A stretch of DNA of 64,000 nucleotides from an uncultured bacterium (GTDB taxonomy: Bacteria; Actinomycetota; Acidimicrobiia; Spongiisociales; UBA5794): positions 448,001 through 512,000 of the forward strand of contig CAWDDT010000011.1 in NCBI GenBank assembly GCA_963801165.1, written 5' to 3'. Positions 18,829 through 27,834 of this stretch are shown here, in pieces. Position 1 is the stretch's first letter. Each line of letters opens with the position of its first letter. Below the pieces are notes generated by a model. The model saw only the letters and a program-made list of their open reading frames with translations. It searched no databases and was not told where the DNA came from. The position numbers were made by a program, and so were the translations under genes.

Positions 18829-19611
18829 GTGAACACCCTAGAGGCAGTGCGCACCATCATGAGCCGGTACGAGTCACTCGAGATCGGGGGGATTCGCGAT
18901 GCCCAGCTCGAACGTCGCATCTCGAGCTTCATGCGTCGGTCGGCTATCGGCGACGAGGCAGAGCTGCTCGCCGGTCTGCGGCGCGACCCCGCGCTACGGG
19001 CTCGCATGATCGACGCACTGACGATCAACGTCACCTCCGTTTACCGGAATGCCTCCGCGTGGGACCTCCTCCGCAAGGAGTTCCTCCCCGGGATGGGACA
19101 CCGCGTCAAGATGTGGAGTGCCGGTGCATCGACGGGTGCCGAGGCGTACTCGATGGCGATCGTCGCCAAGGAGAACGGGCAGACCGCCGACATAACCGCG
19201 ACCGACATCGACCAGCGCAGCCTCGACAAGGCAGTCCTCGGTCGGTACTCGAAACAAGAACTCAACGAGGTGCCCACCGACATACGGGCGAAGTACTTCA
19301 CCGAGGACGATGACGAATGGGTCGTCGACCCTACTCTGCGCCGGTCGATCCGTTTCGCTAAACACGATCTCCTGGCCGAGCCCGCAGTTGGCAGTCGGTT
19401 TGACCTGATCGCTTGCCGGAACGTCGTTATCTACTTCAGCGCCGCCGCCCAGCGCGACCTCCATCGCAAACTGGCGGCTGCACTTCGCCCCGGCGGGGTG
19501 CTCTTCATCGGAGGGGCCGAGCGTGTCGCAGAACCGGAGGCGCTCGGCCTCGAAACAAAGCAACGACCCTTCTACGTGCGTAGGGAAGACATCAAGGCGG
19601 TAGCGGTATGA
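18829..19611 (+). CDS. cheR: chemotaxis methyltransferase CheR
   Basis: LTINVTSVYRN, WSAGASTGAEAYS, ATDID, DLIACRNVVIYF. Confidence 0.95.
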   Translation: MNTLEAVRTIMSRYESLEIGGIRDAQLERRISSFMRRSAIGDEAELLAGLRRDPALRARMIDALTINVTSVYRNASAWDLLRKEFLPGMGHRVKMWSAGASTGAEAYSMAIVAKENGQTADITATDIDQRSLDKAVLGRYSKQELNEVPTDIRAKYFTEDDDEWVVDPTLRRSIRFAKHDLLAEPAVGSRFDLIACRNVVIYFSAAAQRDLHRKLAAALRPGGVLFIGGAERVAEPEALGLETKQRPFYVRREDIKAVAV

Positions 19612-21590
19612 ACACGGAATATCTCGATCAATTCGTCGAGGAAGCTCGAGAGAACGCCGAGGAGCTCGTCGCCGGTCTCCTCAGGCTCGAGAATGAGGAG
19701 GGCGACGCGGTCGTCGCCACTATCGCCGAGCTCTTCCGCTATGCCCACAACATCAAAGGTATGGCCGCGACCGTCGGCATCGACGCCATGACCATCGTGT
19801 CGCATCGGATGGAGGATCTACTCGAGCACTACCGGCAAGGCGGTGGGAGCCCGACACCCGAAGAGACAGATCTTCTGCTGTCGGGCTGCGACGTCCTCTC
19901 CGCCATGGTCGATGAAGCGGCGGCAGGGACGAATCCTGAGATGCCGGTGGCGTTGATCGGCCAGTTCGACGGACACGCCGCAGCCCTCAACGGTGCCGGC
20001 ACCAAGCCGGAGAAGGACACACCGGCTCCCGAAGAAGCGGAGAACCCGTCGGCACCGGCGACAGCCGATCCGGCGTCGTCAGGACAGCCGACGCATCGCC
20101 TCACAGTGAAGCTTGCCGACGATTGCCAACTGCCCGGGGCCCGAGCCGCCATGGTCATGCGTACGGCCTCAGCGGCGGGAAAGGTCGAGGCAACAGCCCC
20201 GTCTCACGAGGAGATCATCTCCGGTGGGATCAAAGAGTTCAGCCTGGACATGAGCGGCGTCGCCGACGTCGCTGCCCTCCTGACCCGGATCGCCGGCATT
20301 GCCGACGTGTCCGAAGTGACCGAGCAGCCGCTGGCGCCAAAGCCGCAAAAGGCCGCCGAGACCACATCGGCGCAGCGGGCCACGGTTCGTGTGGAGATCG
20401 AACGTCTCGACGCGTTGATGGATCTCGTCAGCGAGCTCGTTATCGCTCGTGGACAGCTGGAACAACAGGTCGGGCTGTCCGGTGACCGCCAGATCCACGA
20501 ATCGGTGGCCGGTACGGCACGTTTGATCTCGGACCTCCAGGCGCTGGTAGCGAAGGTGCGCATGGTCACTCTCGAGTCGACGTTCCGGCGGATGAACCGT
20601 CTCGTACGCGACACGGCACGAACGCTGGGCAAGAAGATCAACTTCGAGATGACCGGCGCTGAGACCGAACTCGACAGACGCATGGTCGACGAGCTGAGCG
20701 ACCCTCTCGTCCACCTGCTCCGCAATGCCGCCGACCACGGCGTCGAGACATCGAAGGAACAGCGCCTTGCCGCCGGCAAGCCGGAGGCGGGCACAATGCG
20801 TCTGGCGGCGTATCACGAAGGCAACCAGGTCGTGATCGAGGTCAGCGACGACGGTCCCGGGATCAACACCGAGAGGGTGTGCGCCAAAGCCGTTGAGAAA
20901 GGAATCATCGGAGCAGATGACGTTGGCGCTCTCACCCATGCCCAGAAGCTCGATCTGGTGTTCGCACCGGGTCTGTCAACACGGACCGAAGCGAGCACCA
21001 TCTCGGGCCGGGGCGTCGGCATGGATGTTGTCCGCTCATCAGTCAATCGTCTCGGCGGATCGGTAAGCGTCGAATCGAACAACGGTCAAGGAAGCATCTT
21101 CCGGCTACGGCTGCCGATGTCCCTAGCTGTTCTCGAAGCCTTGCTCGTGACGGTGGGCAACGAAACGTGGGCCGTGCCGCTCGCGCACATCGTCGAGACC
21201 ATCGTCATCGGCAAGGACGACCTCCGCTGGGTACAGGGAGATCCCGTCATCACTCTGCGAGGAGCGACCATTCCGGTGATCCCGGGAAGCTGCCAGCTCT
21301 CCGGTGAATCCACGATGCGCACCCCAACACCGGCCATCGTCTACCAGTACCAGGGCAGGCGCTGTGCGCTCACCGTCGACCAGCTCCTCACCCAGACCGA
21401 GGTCGTCGTCAAGCCGTTGCCCGGCTCGCTCGACGCCTCCCACGTCTCAGGGGTAACCATCCTCGGCGACGGAACGGTCGGGCTGATCCTCGATCTGGAC
21501 AGCATTACCGCTGCGTACACGGCGCGAGATCGGTCGACGCGCATCAGCGTTGTCGACGAAGAAGAGCTAGTTCTGACCGGCGAGGTGTGA
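19608..21590 (+). CDS. cheA: chemotaxis histidine kinase CheA
   Basis: P1 FRYAHNIKG, P2, HLLRNAADHG, DDGPG, SGRGVGMD, C-terminal CheW-like P5. Confidence 0.97.
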   Translation: MNTEYLDQFVEEARENAEELVAGLLRLENEEGDAVVATIAELFRYAHNIKGMAATVGIDAMTIVSHRMEDLLEHYRQGGGSPTPEETDLLLSGCDVLSAMVDEAAAGTNPEMPVALIGQFDGHAAALNGAGTKPEKDTPAPEEAENPSAPATADPASSGQPTHRLTVKLADDCQLPGARAAMVMRTASAAGKVEATAPSHEEIISGGIKEFSLDMSGVADVAALLTRIAGIADVSEVTEQPLAPKPQKAAETTSAQRATVRVEIERLDALMDLVSELVIARGQLEQQVGLSGDRQIHESVAGTARLISDLQALVAKVRMVTLESTFRRMNRLVRDTARTLGKKINFEMTGAETELDRRMVDELSDPLVHLLRNAADHGVETSKEQRLAAGKPEAGTMRLAAYHEGNQVVIEVSDDGPGINTERVCAKAVEKGIIGADDVGALTHAQKLDLVFAPGLSTRTEASTISGRGVGMDVVRSSVNRLGGSVSVESNNGQGSIFRLRLPMSLAVLEALLVTVGNETWAVPLAHIVETIVIGKDDLRWVQGDPVITLRGATIPVIPGSCQLSGESTMRTPTPAIVYQYQGRRCALTVDQLLTQTEVVVKPLPGSLDASHVSGVTILGDGTVGLILDLDSITAAYTARDRSTRISVVDEEELVLTGEV

Positions 21591-21591
21591 T

Positions 21592-23059
21592 GTGACCACG
21601 ATGACGGAGGCTCCCCCGGAGAAGGCGGCGGACACGTCCGCGGCGCCGGCGAGCGCGACTACGTCATCGCCGTCACGCAACAACGGGCTCCTGGTGGCTC
21701 TCGGTGTCAACGAAGCTGCACTACAGCGAGCCCGAGACACCAGCGGGTTCGAAGTGAGTACCGATGCTGCGGAGCTACAAGCCGCCACGCTCGTGGCGAT
21801 CTCCACACGGATGGGACGGGGGAAGGCCCCGCGGATACCGGAGGACATCGACCGCGAGGTTACGCCTGTGGTGGTCATCTGCCATCCCGGTGGTGAGGAG
21901 ACCGCCGTCGAGCTGATGCGCCAGGGCTGCTCCGGCGTCATTGCCGAAGGCAACGAGAGAGCCCTCGGCTCATTCGTGGACCCGGACCAACACACCGACG
22001 TCCTCATGGATGGCTACCTGGAGCAGCTCGAGAAGACACGCGGGAGGCAGCACCCGCCGCCGCGATCCGGTGACCAACCTTCCGGAAGTAGCGTCGTTCG
22101 AGATGCGGCTCGGCGAGTTCATCGAGGCCGGGACTCCGCCCAACGTGATGATGATGCAGATCACCAACCTGGACCACGCCCGAGACCGCACGGACTCGAG
22201 GGCGATCAACCTGCTCCGGCGCCGCCTGGCGAGCTTCTACAACGATGCGGCGCAGCGGTACTCCTGCGAGGTGTTCAGCCTCGGGCAATCGACGTTTGCG
22301 GTACTCGACGGGAAACAGCTACTTGTCAGCCCGGAGCGCTTTGCCCACGAGCTGATCCAGATGACCGAGGCTTTCCGTCCCGCCGGAATCAAGCTGAAGC
22401 TTGCGGTTGGCGCCGTCATCGCCAGCGCCGAGAGCGAAGTGATGGCAATCCGCGACCAGGCGGAACAGGCCGTTGTCGCTGCGGCGCAGGCCGACGGGAG
22501 CTCGTATGTAACCGCCGACCAGGTGACGGTCCTGCTGGCCGCTATTACCGAATACTCGGTTGCTCAGCTTCTCGTGGGTATCGTCGACAGCCTGGTTCCC
22601 GGTCCTCCCGGACACAGCAACCGGGTGACCGAGCTCGCCTCCGACCTCGCCAGAGAGCTCGGGTATCAAGGCCGCGAGCTCAACAACCTGCGATTGGCAG
22701 CACTCCTACACGAGGTGGGGCGGCTCCCGCTCGGCGACGAAGATCCGGTCACCGACGAGACCCACCCGGAACGAGGCGCCCGCTACGTGCTTGCGTCTGC
22801 GGGCCCTGAGATCGCTGACGCGATCCGGTATCAAGCCGAGCGATGGGATGGGGCCGGCCCGGCCGCGCTCGTCGAAGACGACATCCCGCTTTCGGCCCGG
22901 ATCATCGCCATCGCCGAGGCGACCGACGACCTCCTTTACCCACCGTCCGGTCAGCCCGTGGCGCCAAACGAGCTGATCGAGAAGCTCGAGGCGGAGTCCG
23001 GGTCGCGATTCGACCCCAACCTGGTGAACACGGCGGTGCGTCTGTTCGGCGGGATGTAG
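21592..23059 (+). pseudogene. frameshifted gene: N-terminal domain + degenerate GGDEF + degenerate HD-GYP
   Basis: The 21592 frame reads as protein to ...LEQLEKTR; the 21941 frame continues GGSTRRRDPVTNLP (GGDEF start), HSNRV, AALLHEVG, ERWDGAG, IPLSARIIAIA, RFDP. Removing one G at 22042-22044 joins the two. Confidence 0.75.
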
Positions 23060-23165
23060 CGGCCTCAAACGTCGATGAGGCCGGAGTCCCCTCCGTGAAT
23101 CTGCACCGGTGGACTGCGCATCTGGTGTGCGGTCTTGACATCATCTACGCCGACCTGGAGGACTG

Positions 23166-24251
23166 ATGACCACCACCTCATCATCCGATGAGGTCACGGT
23201 CGATGCGCTACAGCAGAAGATCTTCCTGCTCGAACAGGGGCTGAAGCAGTCGGCGCATCTCAGGGAGCTGTGGACGAACGCGGTCCGCGAGCTGAAGGCC
23301 ACCAGGGCTGAGCTGAGGAGATCCCTGGAGCGTTTGACCGAAGCCCACGAGCAGCTGGAGCAGAAGAGTGTCTCCTTGGAGAGGCTCAACCAGCATCTCA
23401 GTGAGGAGATGGAGCTTCGGGAGAGAATGGAGACCGAGCTGCGGCTGGCGCAGAAACTCGAATCGATCGGACAGCTCGCCGCGGGCCTTGCGCACGAGAT
23501 CAACACGCCCATTCAGTACATCGGGGACAACACCAGATACCTCGGCACCGACTTCGACGCGTGTCTGGCACTCTTCGACCAGCTCCGACCGATCCTCGAC
23601 GAGAATGCCGACCCCGCCATCCTCCTCGACAGGGCAAGACAGATCGTGGAGACCGAGGACCTCGCCGGACTGGCCGAAGATGTCCCCGACGCCCTGACCG
23701 AGACTCTCGAAGGCATCGAACAGGTGGCCGAGATCGTCAGCTCCATGAAGGAGTTCTCGCACCACGGGACCCAGGGCAAGACACCCGTTGACATCAACCG
23801 CGCCCTGCAGGTCACCGCCACAGTCGCTCGCAGCGAATGGAAAGACGTCGCGGAGATCGAATGGCAGCTTGCGGAGCTGCCCGACGTCTACGCCGTGGGG
23901 GCGGAGCTGAACCAGGTGTTCCTCAATCTCCTCGTGAACGCCGCCCAGGCCGTAGCGGAAGCGGCAAAGAAGAGAACCAGCCCGCCGGGTGTCATCAAGA
24001 TCACCACCGCTGTTGCCGCAGGCGGAGTCTCCGTCGAGGTGACCGACAACGGCATCGGCGTTCCCGATGACGTCAAGGAGCACATATTCGATCTCTTCTT
24101 CTCCACGAAGGATGTAGGCGTCGGGACGGGCCAGGGGTTGTCGATTGCACGCTCGATCGTCGTCGACCGCCACAACGGGACGATTGACATGGTCTCCGAG
24201 CCCGGCGTCGAGACGAGCTTCGTGATATGGCTACCGATAGGCTGCGGGTAG
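23166..24251 (+). CDS. cytoplasmic histidine kinase (NtrB-like, coiled-coil N-terminus)
   Basis: QKLESIGQLAAGLAHEINTP, NLLVNAAQA, DNGIG, FFSTK, GTGQGL. Confidence 0.93.
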   Translation: MTTTSSSDEVTVDALQQKIFLLEQGLKQSAHLRELWTNAVRELKATRAELRRSLERLTEAHEQLEQKSVSLERLNQHLSEEMELRERMETELRLAQKLESIGQLAAGLAHEINTPIQYIGDNTRYLGTDFDACLALFDQLRPILDENADPAILLDRARQIVETEDLAGLAEDVPDALTETLEGIEQVAEIVSSMKEFSHHGTQGKTPVDINRALQVTATVARSEWKDVAEIEWQLAELPDVYAVGAELNQVFLNLLVNAAQAVAEAAKKRTSPPGVIKITTAVAAGGVSVEVTDNGIGVPDDVKEHIFDLFFSTKDVGVGTGQGLSIARSIVVDRHNGTIDMVSEPGVETSFVIWLPIGCG

Positions 24252-24278
24252 CCACGGGCTACGACCGAACCGACATCC

Positions 24279-24545
24279 TCAGATCGTCGGGTCGAGGAGA
24301 CAGCGCACATAGAGCGCCTCGATCGCGTCGAGGTGCATCTCCGCGACACCGTCTGCGCTCAAAGCGTCGCGCAACGCCGTCATGCCGTCCGACCCGGGCA
24401 CTTCGCCCCGGATGGCGGCGTAGGCCGTCTCCATGAGATCGGGAGCGCACGACGAGGACACCAGACGCTGCGAGACTTGATCGTTTATCGAACGCATCCG
24501 CTCGGAGATGCGTCGCAACTGGGCGAGGTTCTCACTGGATCCCAT
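24279..24545 (-). CDS. small hypothetical protein (88 aa)
   Basis: ATG 24545 preceded by GAAGGAGG; lies downstream of the murI fusion. Confidence 0.6.
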   Translation of the reverse strand: MGSSENLAQLRRISERMRSINDQVSQRLVSSSCAPDLMETAYAAIRGEVPGSDGMTALRDALSADGVAEMHLDAIEALYVRCLLDPTI

Positions 24546-24570
24546 CGGGTTCCTCCTTCCGGTGGAAACC

Positions 24571-25917
24571 CTATCGCAACGGTCGCGACCACGTTGTGTC
24601 GAATGACCAGCCGTTGGGGGAAATTGCCCCGGCGACTCCGGATCTGAAGAGATCGGCCACCGCGCCATCGAGTGCGACCAGAACCGCTTCGGCGACCGCT
24701 CCCGGGTTGGCATCGAGCCAGCGCACAACCTCGGAGGCGAGCACGGCGGTGGCCTCCGGCACGGGATAACCGTAGATTCCGGCGGAGATGGCAGGAAAAG
24801 CAATCGTCCGCGCGTCGATGGCCCGGGCCGCGTCGAGCGCACCCGATACTGCTGCCCGCAGCATGCCCTCATTGTCTTGACCCGACCGATATATCGGCCC
24901 GGCGACGTGGACGACGTGAGCGGCGGGTAATGCGCCTGCCCCGGTGACAGCTGCGCCGCCAACGGATAGCGGCCCGTGCTCACGCACCCATCGCGTCGAC
25001 TCGGTTTGGATCGCCGCACCCCCCGCCCGCACGATCGCACCGGCAACACCACCACCGTGCTGGAGGTGAGTGTTGGCGGCATTGACAATGACGTCGACGT
25101 TCTGCCGGGTGAGGTCCCCAACGATCACCCGGATACTCCCCTGTGCCCCGATCATCACCCAGCCGGGACCCGCCTCGATCCCGACCAGAGTCCCGACCTG
25201 ATCACGAAACGACGTGACATTGCCGGTGGTGAGGAACTCAACCGATGCACCAGTCGCGGGCTCACCAACCATCCGCAACACCTGTCGGGCAACCGCGGGA
25301 GCGGGATCGACCACCGTTATGTCGGGACCGGCGACTGCGGCAATGGCATCGAGCACAAACGGGTAGTGCGTGCAGCCGAGCACGAGAGTGTCGACGCCTG
25401 CTTTGCGCAATGGCGTGACGTAGCGGGCAACGAGGGCCCGTGTCTCTTCGGCGTCGCCCCCCAGCTGCTCGATGGCGCCGGCCAATCCCGGACAGGCCTG
25501 CTCGATGACTGTGGCCCCGTTGGCGTGGCGGTCAAGGACCGATGCGTACAGCTCTCCCTGAAAGGTGGCGTCTGTGGCCAACACACCGATGACCCCACGG
25601 CGACTCTGCGTCGCGGCCGGCTTCACGGCCGGCTCCATGCCGACGAAGCGCACAGCGGGAAACACTTCCCGCAGGTGATGAAGCGCCGCGGCGGAGGCGC
25701 TGTTACACGCGACGACCACCACATCGCAGTCGCGCCCGACCAGATACGAGGATATCGCTACAGCACGGTCTCGGACTTCCGTCAGACTTCGCTCACCATA
25801 CGGAGCCATGGCCTGGTCGGCGACGTAGATCAACGGATGCCCGGGAGCGAGCTTCAGGAACTCGTTGAGGACCGACAGACCGCCAACGCCGGAATCGAAT
25901 ACACCTACTCGTCCCAT
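24571..25917 (-). CDS. murI: glutamate racemase fused to a C-terminal macro domain
   Basis: FDSGVGG, PYG, ACNSA, LGCTHY; then GDLT, IVNAAN, GGGVAGAI, HVAGP, FPAISAGIYGYP in one ORF. Confidence 0.9.
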   Translation of the reverse strand: MGRVGVFDSGVGGLSVLNEFLKLAPGHPLIYVADQAMAPYGERSLTEVRDRAVAISSYLVGRDCDVVVVACNSASAAALHHLREVFPAVRFVGMEPAVKPAATQSRRGVIGVLATDATFQGELYASVLDRHANGATVIEQACPGLAGAIEQLGGDAEETRALVARYVTPLRKAGVDTLVLGCTHYPFVLDAIAAVAGPDITVVDPAPAVARQVLRMVGEPATGASVEFLTTGNVTSFRDQVGTLVGIEAGPGWVMIGAQGSIRVIVGDLTRQNVDVIVNAANTHLQHGGGVAGAIVRAGGAAIQTESTRWVREHGPLSVGGAAVTGAGALPAAHVVHVAGPIYRSGQDNEGMLRAAVSGALDAARAIDARTIAFPAISAGIYGYPVPEATAVLASEVVRWLDANPGAVAEAVLVALDGAVADLFRSGVAGAISPNGWSFDTTWSRPLR

Positions 25918-26013
25918 CTCGCAGGTGACGATAGCGCCTGACCCTCCGGGTCAGGTTCGAGTTTGCTACGCAAACTCGGCCTCGTGGCTCGGGTCAGGCG
26001 TTATCCTCGCCGG

Positions 26014-26838
26014 ATGCGTATCGGGTATCAGGGCGAGCCTCATTCGTATAGCCACCGGGCCGTCGGAGAGATCTTTCCCGACAGCGAGCCCGTCGGCTAT
26101 CCCAGTTTCGTCGCGGCTTTCGACGCCCTCGACGACGGATCGGCAGACCGGCTGGTGATGCCCGTAGAGAACTCGACCACCGGCAGTGTGTTGCCGGTGC
26201 TGGATCGGCTCGCCGGTGCAGAAGGGCGGGGCCCCGTCTCCATTCGGCGCGAGCATCTCGTCGAGATCAGACACGCCCTGCTCGCGTTGCCGGGAGCCGG
26301 GCTCGAAAAGATTCGCTATGTGAAGTCGCATCCAGAAGCACTCGCTCAAGCGGAGCGCACTCTGGCCGGTCTTGGCATTCGCCCGGTACCGCGGCACGAC
26401 ACCGCAGGAGCGGTACGCGAGGTTGCCGGCGACGGCAACCCGGAGGTGGCTGCCCTCGGCCCGCCGGAAGCGGGACCTCCGCATGGTTTGGAGGTTCTCC
26501 GCACCGATGTGATGGATCGGGACCACAACACGACGAGATTCTTTGTCCTGGCGAAGGGCGCCACCGAAGTAGACCCCGATGATGACAAGACCACGATCAT
26601 GTTCGTCACCGCCCACCGGCCCGGGGCCCTCGCCCTGGCGCTCACCGAGCTCGGCCTGCGTGGCGCCAACCTCACGCGCATAGAGTCGCGTCCGAACGAT
26701 GAGGCATGGAGCTACAGGTTCTTTGTCGATCTGATCCATCCTGCTGGCCCCGAAGGTCTGCGCCAGGTCATCGAGCCGCAGCCCGCCACGCTCACCCGCC
26801 TCCTGGTTCTCGGGTCATACCAGGCGCGCCAGATCTGA
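26014..26838 (+). CDS. pheA: prephenate dehydratase
   Basis: IGYQGEPHSYS, PVENSTTG, SHPEALAQ, NTTRF, NLTRIESRP (ACT domain). Confidence 0.95.
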   Translation: MRIGYQGEPHSYSHRAVGEIFPDSEPVGYPSFVAAFDALDDGSADRLVMPVENSTTGSVLPVLDRLAGAEGRGPVSIRREHLVEIRHALLALPGAGLEKIRYVKSHPEALAQAERTLAGLGIRPVPRHDTAGAVREVAGDGNPEVAALGPPEAGPPHGLEVLRTDVMDRDHNTTRFFVLAKGATEVDPDDDKTTIMFVTAHRPGALALALTELGLRGANLTRIESRPNDEAWSYRFFVDLIHPAGPEGLRQVIEPQPATLTRLLVLGSYQARQI

Positions 26839-26867
26839 ACACGCCGGGTTTTTCGGTGGTTAATCGC

Positions 26868-26894
26868 TTACGCCATGGGGTGTCTGGTCGACTG
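26868..26894 (+). promoter_or_regulatory. sigma28-like flagellin promoter
   Basis: TTAC-N15-GTCGACTG upstream of flagellin. Confidence 0.45.
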
Positions 26895-26910
26895 GTCCTT
26901 CTGAAACGTT

Positions 26911-26953
26911 GACATGGATGTTGACGAAGTGACGCACCGCCCTACAAGGAGGT
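26911..26953 (+). promoter_or_regulatory. two CsrA-type binding sites in the flagellin leader
   Basis: GACATGGATGTT (GGA in a small hairpin loop) and TACAAGGAGGT overlapping the Shine-Dalgarno. Confidence 0.6.
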
Positions 26954-26960
26954 ACACGAA

Positions 26961-27779
26961 GTGCGTATTAATCAGAACATTGCGGCATACAACGCATACC
27001 GCAATCTTTCCACGACCAATGCTCAGTTGAGTAAGTCGCTCGAGAAGCTGTCTTCGGGTTTCCGGATCAATCGTGCTGCTGATGATGCGGCCGGGTTGGC
27101 GAAGTCTGAGTCGCTCCGTGCGGAGATCTCGGGTTCCCGTCAGGCGATCCGGAACGCTCAAGATGGTGTGAGTTTTGTCCAGACCGCTGAGGGTGCTCTC
27201 AATGAGGTGCATTCGATCCTGCAGCGTATGCGTGAGTTGGCTGTTGATGCGGCCAACACTGCAACCACCGACGGTACTGCCCAGCAGGCCGAGGTGACCC
27301 AGCTGCTGGCAGAGATCACCTCGATCGGCACCAACAGCACATTCGCAGGCAACAGTGTCTTCCAGGACTACTCGTCGGGTACCGCGCTGACGTTCCATGT
27401 CGGTTCCGGCGCCGGCCAGACGCTGGAGATCAGCGAGAACCTCGCCTTGTCCTCGAGCGACGTGTTCGGCACCAACCTGTCCACCGTCAGCGTCTCGTCC
27501 GATGCCAATGCGGCGATCACGGCCATCGACAATGCGATCGACGCAGTGTCCTCGACCAGGTCGACTCTTGGTGCTACCCAGAACCGTCTGGAGCACACGG
27601 TGGCGAACCTGAGTGTCGCTGTTGAGAACCTGTCGGCTTCCGAGTCCCGGGTTCGTGACACCGACATGGCTGAAGAGATGGTGTCGTTCACCCGGCATCA
27701 GATCATGGTTCAGGCGGGCACTGCGATGCTTGCCCAGGCCAACCAGGTCCCGGCATCGGTCCTCCAACTCCTCCAGTGA
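26961..27779 (+). CDS. fliC: flagellin (short, 272 aa)
   Basis: MRINQN, LSSGFRINRAADDAAGL, LGATQNRLEH, RVRDTDMAEEM, AMLAQAN. Confidence 0.98.
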   Translation: MRINQNIAAYNAYRNLSTTNAQLSKSLEKLSSGFRINRAADDAAGLAKSESLRAEISGSRQAIRNAQDGVSFVQTAEGALNEVHSILQRMRELAVDAANTATTDGTAQQAEVTQLLAEITSIGTNSTFAGNSVFQDYSSGTALTFHVGSGAGQTLEISENLALSSSDVFGTNLSTVSVSSDANAAITAIDNAIDAVSSTRSTLGATQNRLEHTVANLSVAVENLSASESRVRDTDMAEEMVSFTRHQIMVQAGTAMLAQANQVPASVLQLLQ

Positions 27780-27804
27780 GCTAGGACCCCCTCAGGTTGT
27801 ACGG

Positions 27805-27833
27805 AAAGGGGGCGGCACCGCCGCCCCCTTTTT
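27805..27833 (+). terminator. intrinsic terminator after flagellin
   Basis: AAAGGGGGCGGC-ACC-GCCGCCCCCTTTTT. Confidence 0.85.
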
Positions 27834-27834
27834 C

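Noticed and set aside
22070-22809. 3' part of ORF 21592-22809 as a real protein
   Set aside because: Arg/Pro-rich off-frame translation after the frameshift; the domain signatures are in the other frame.
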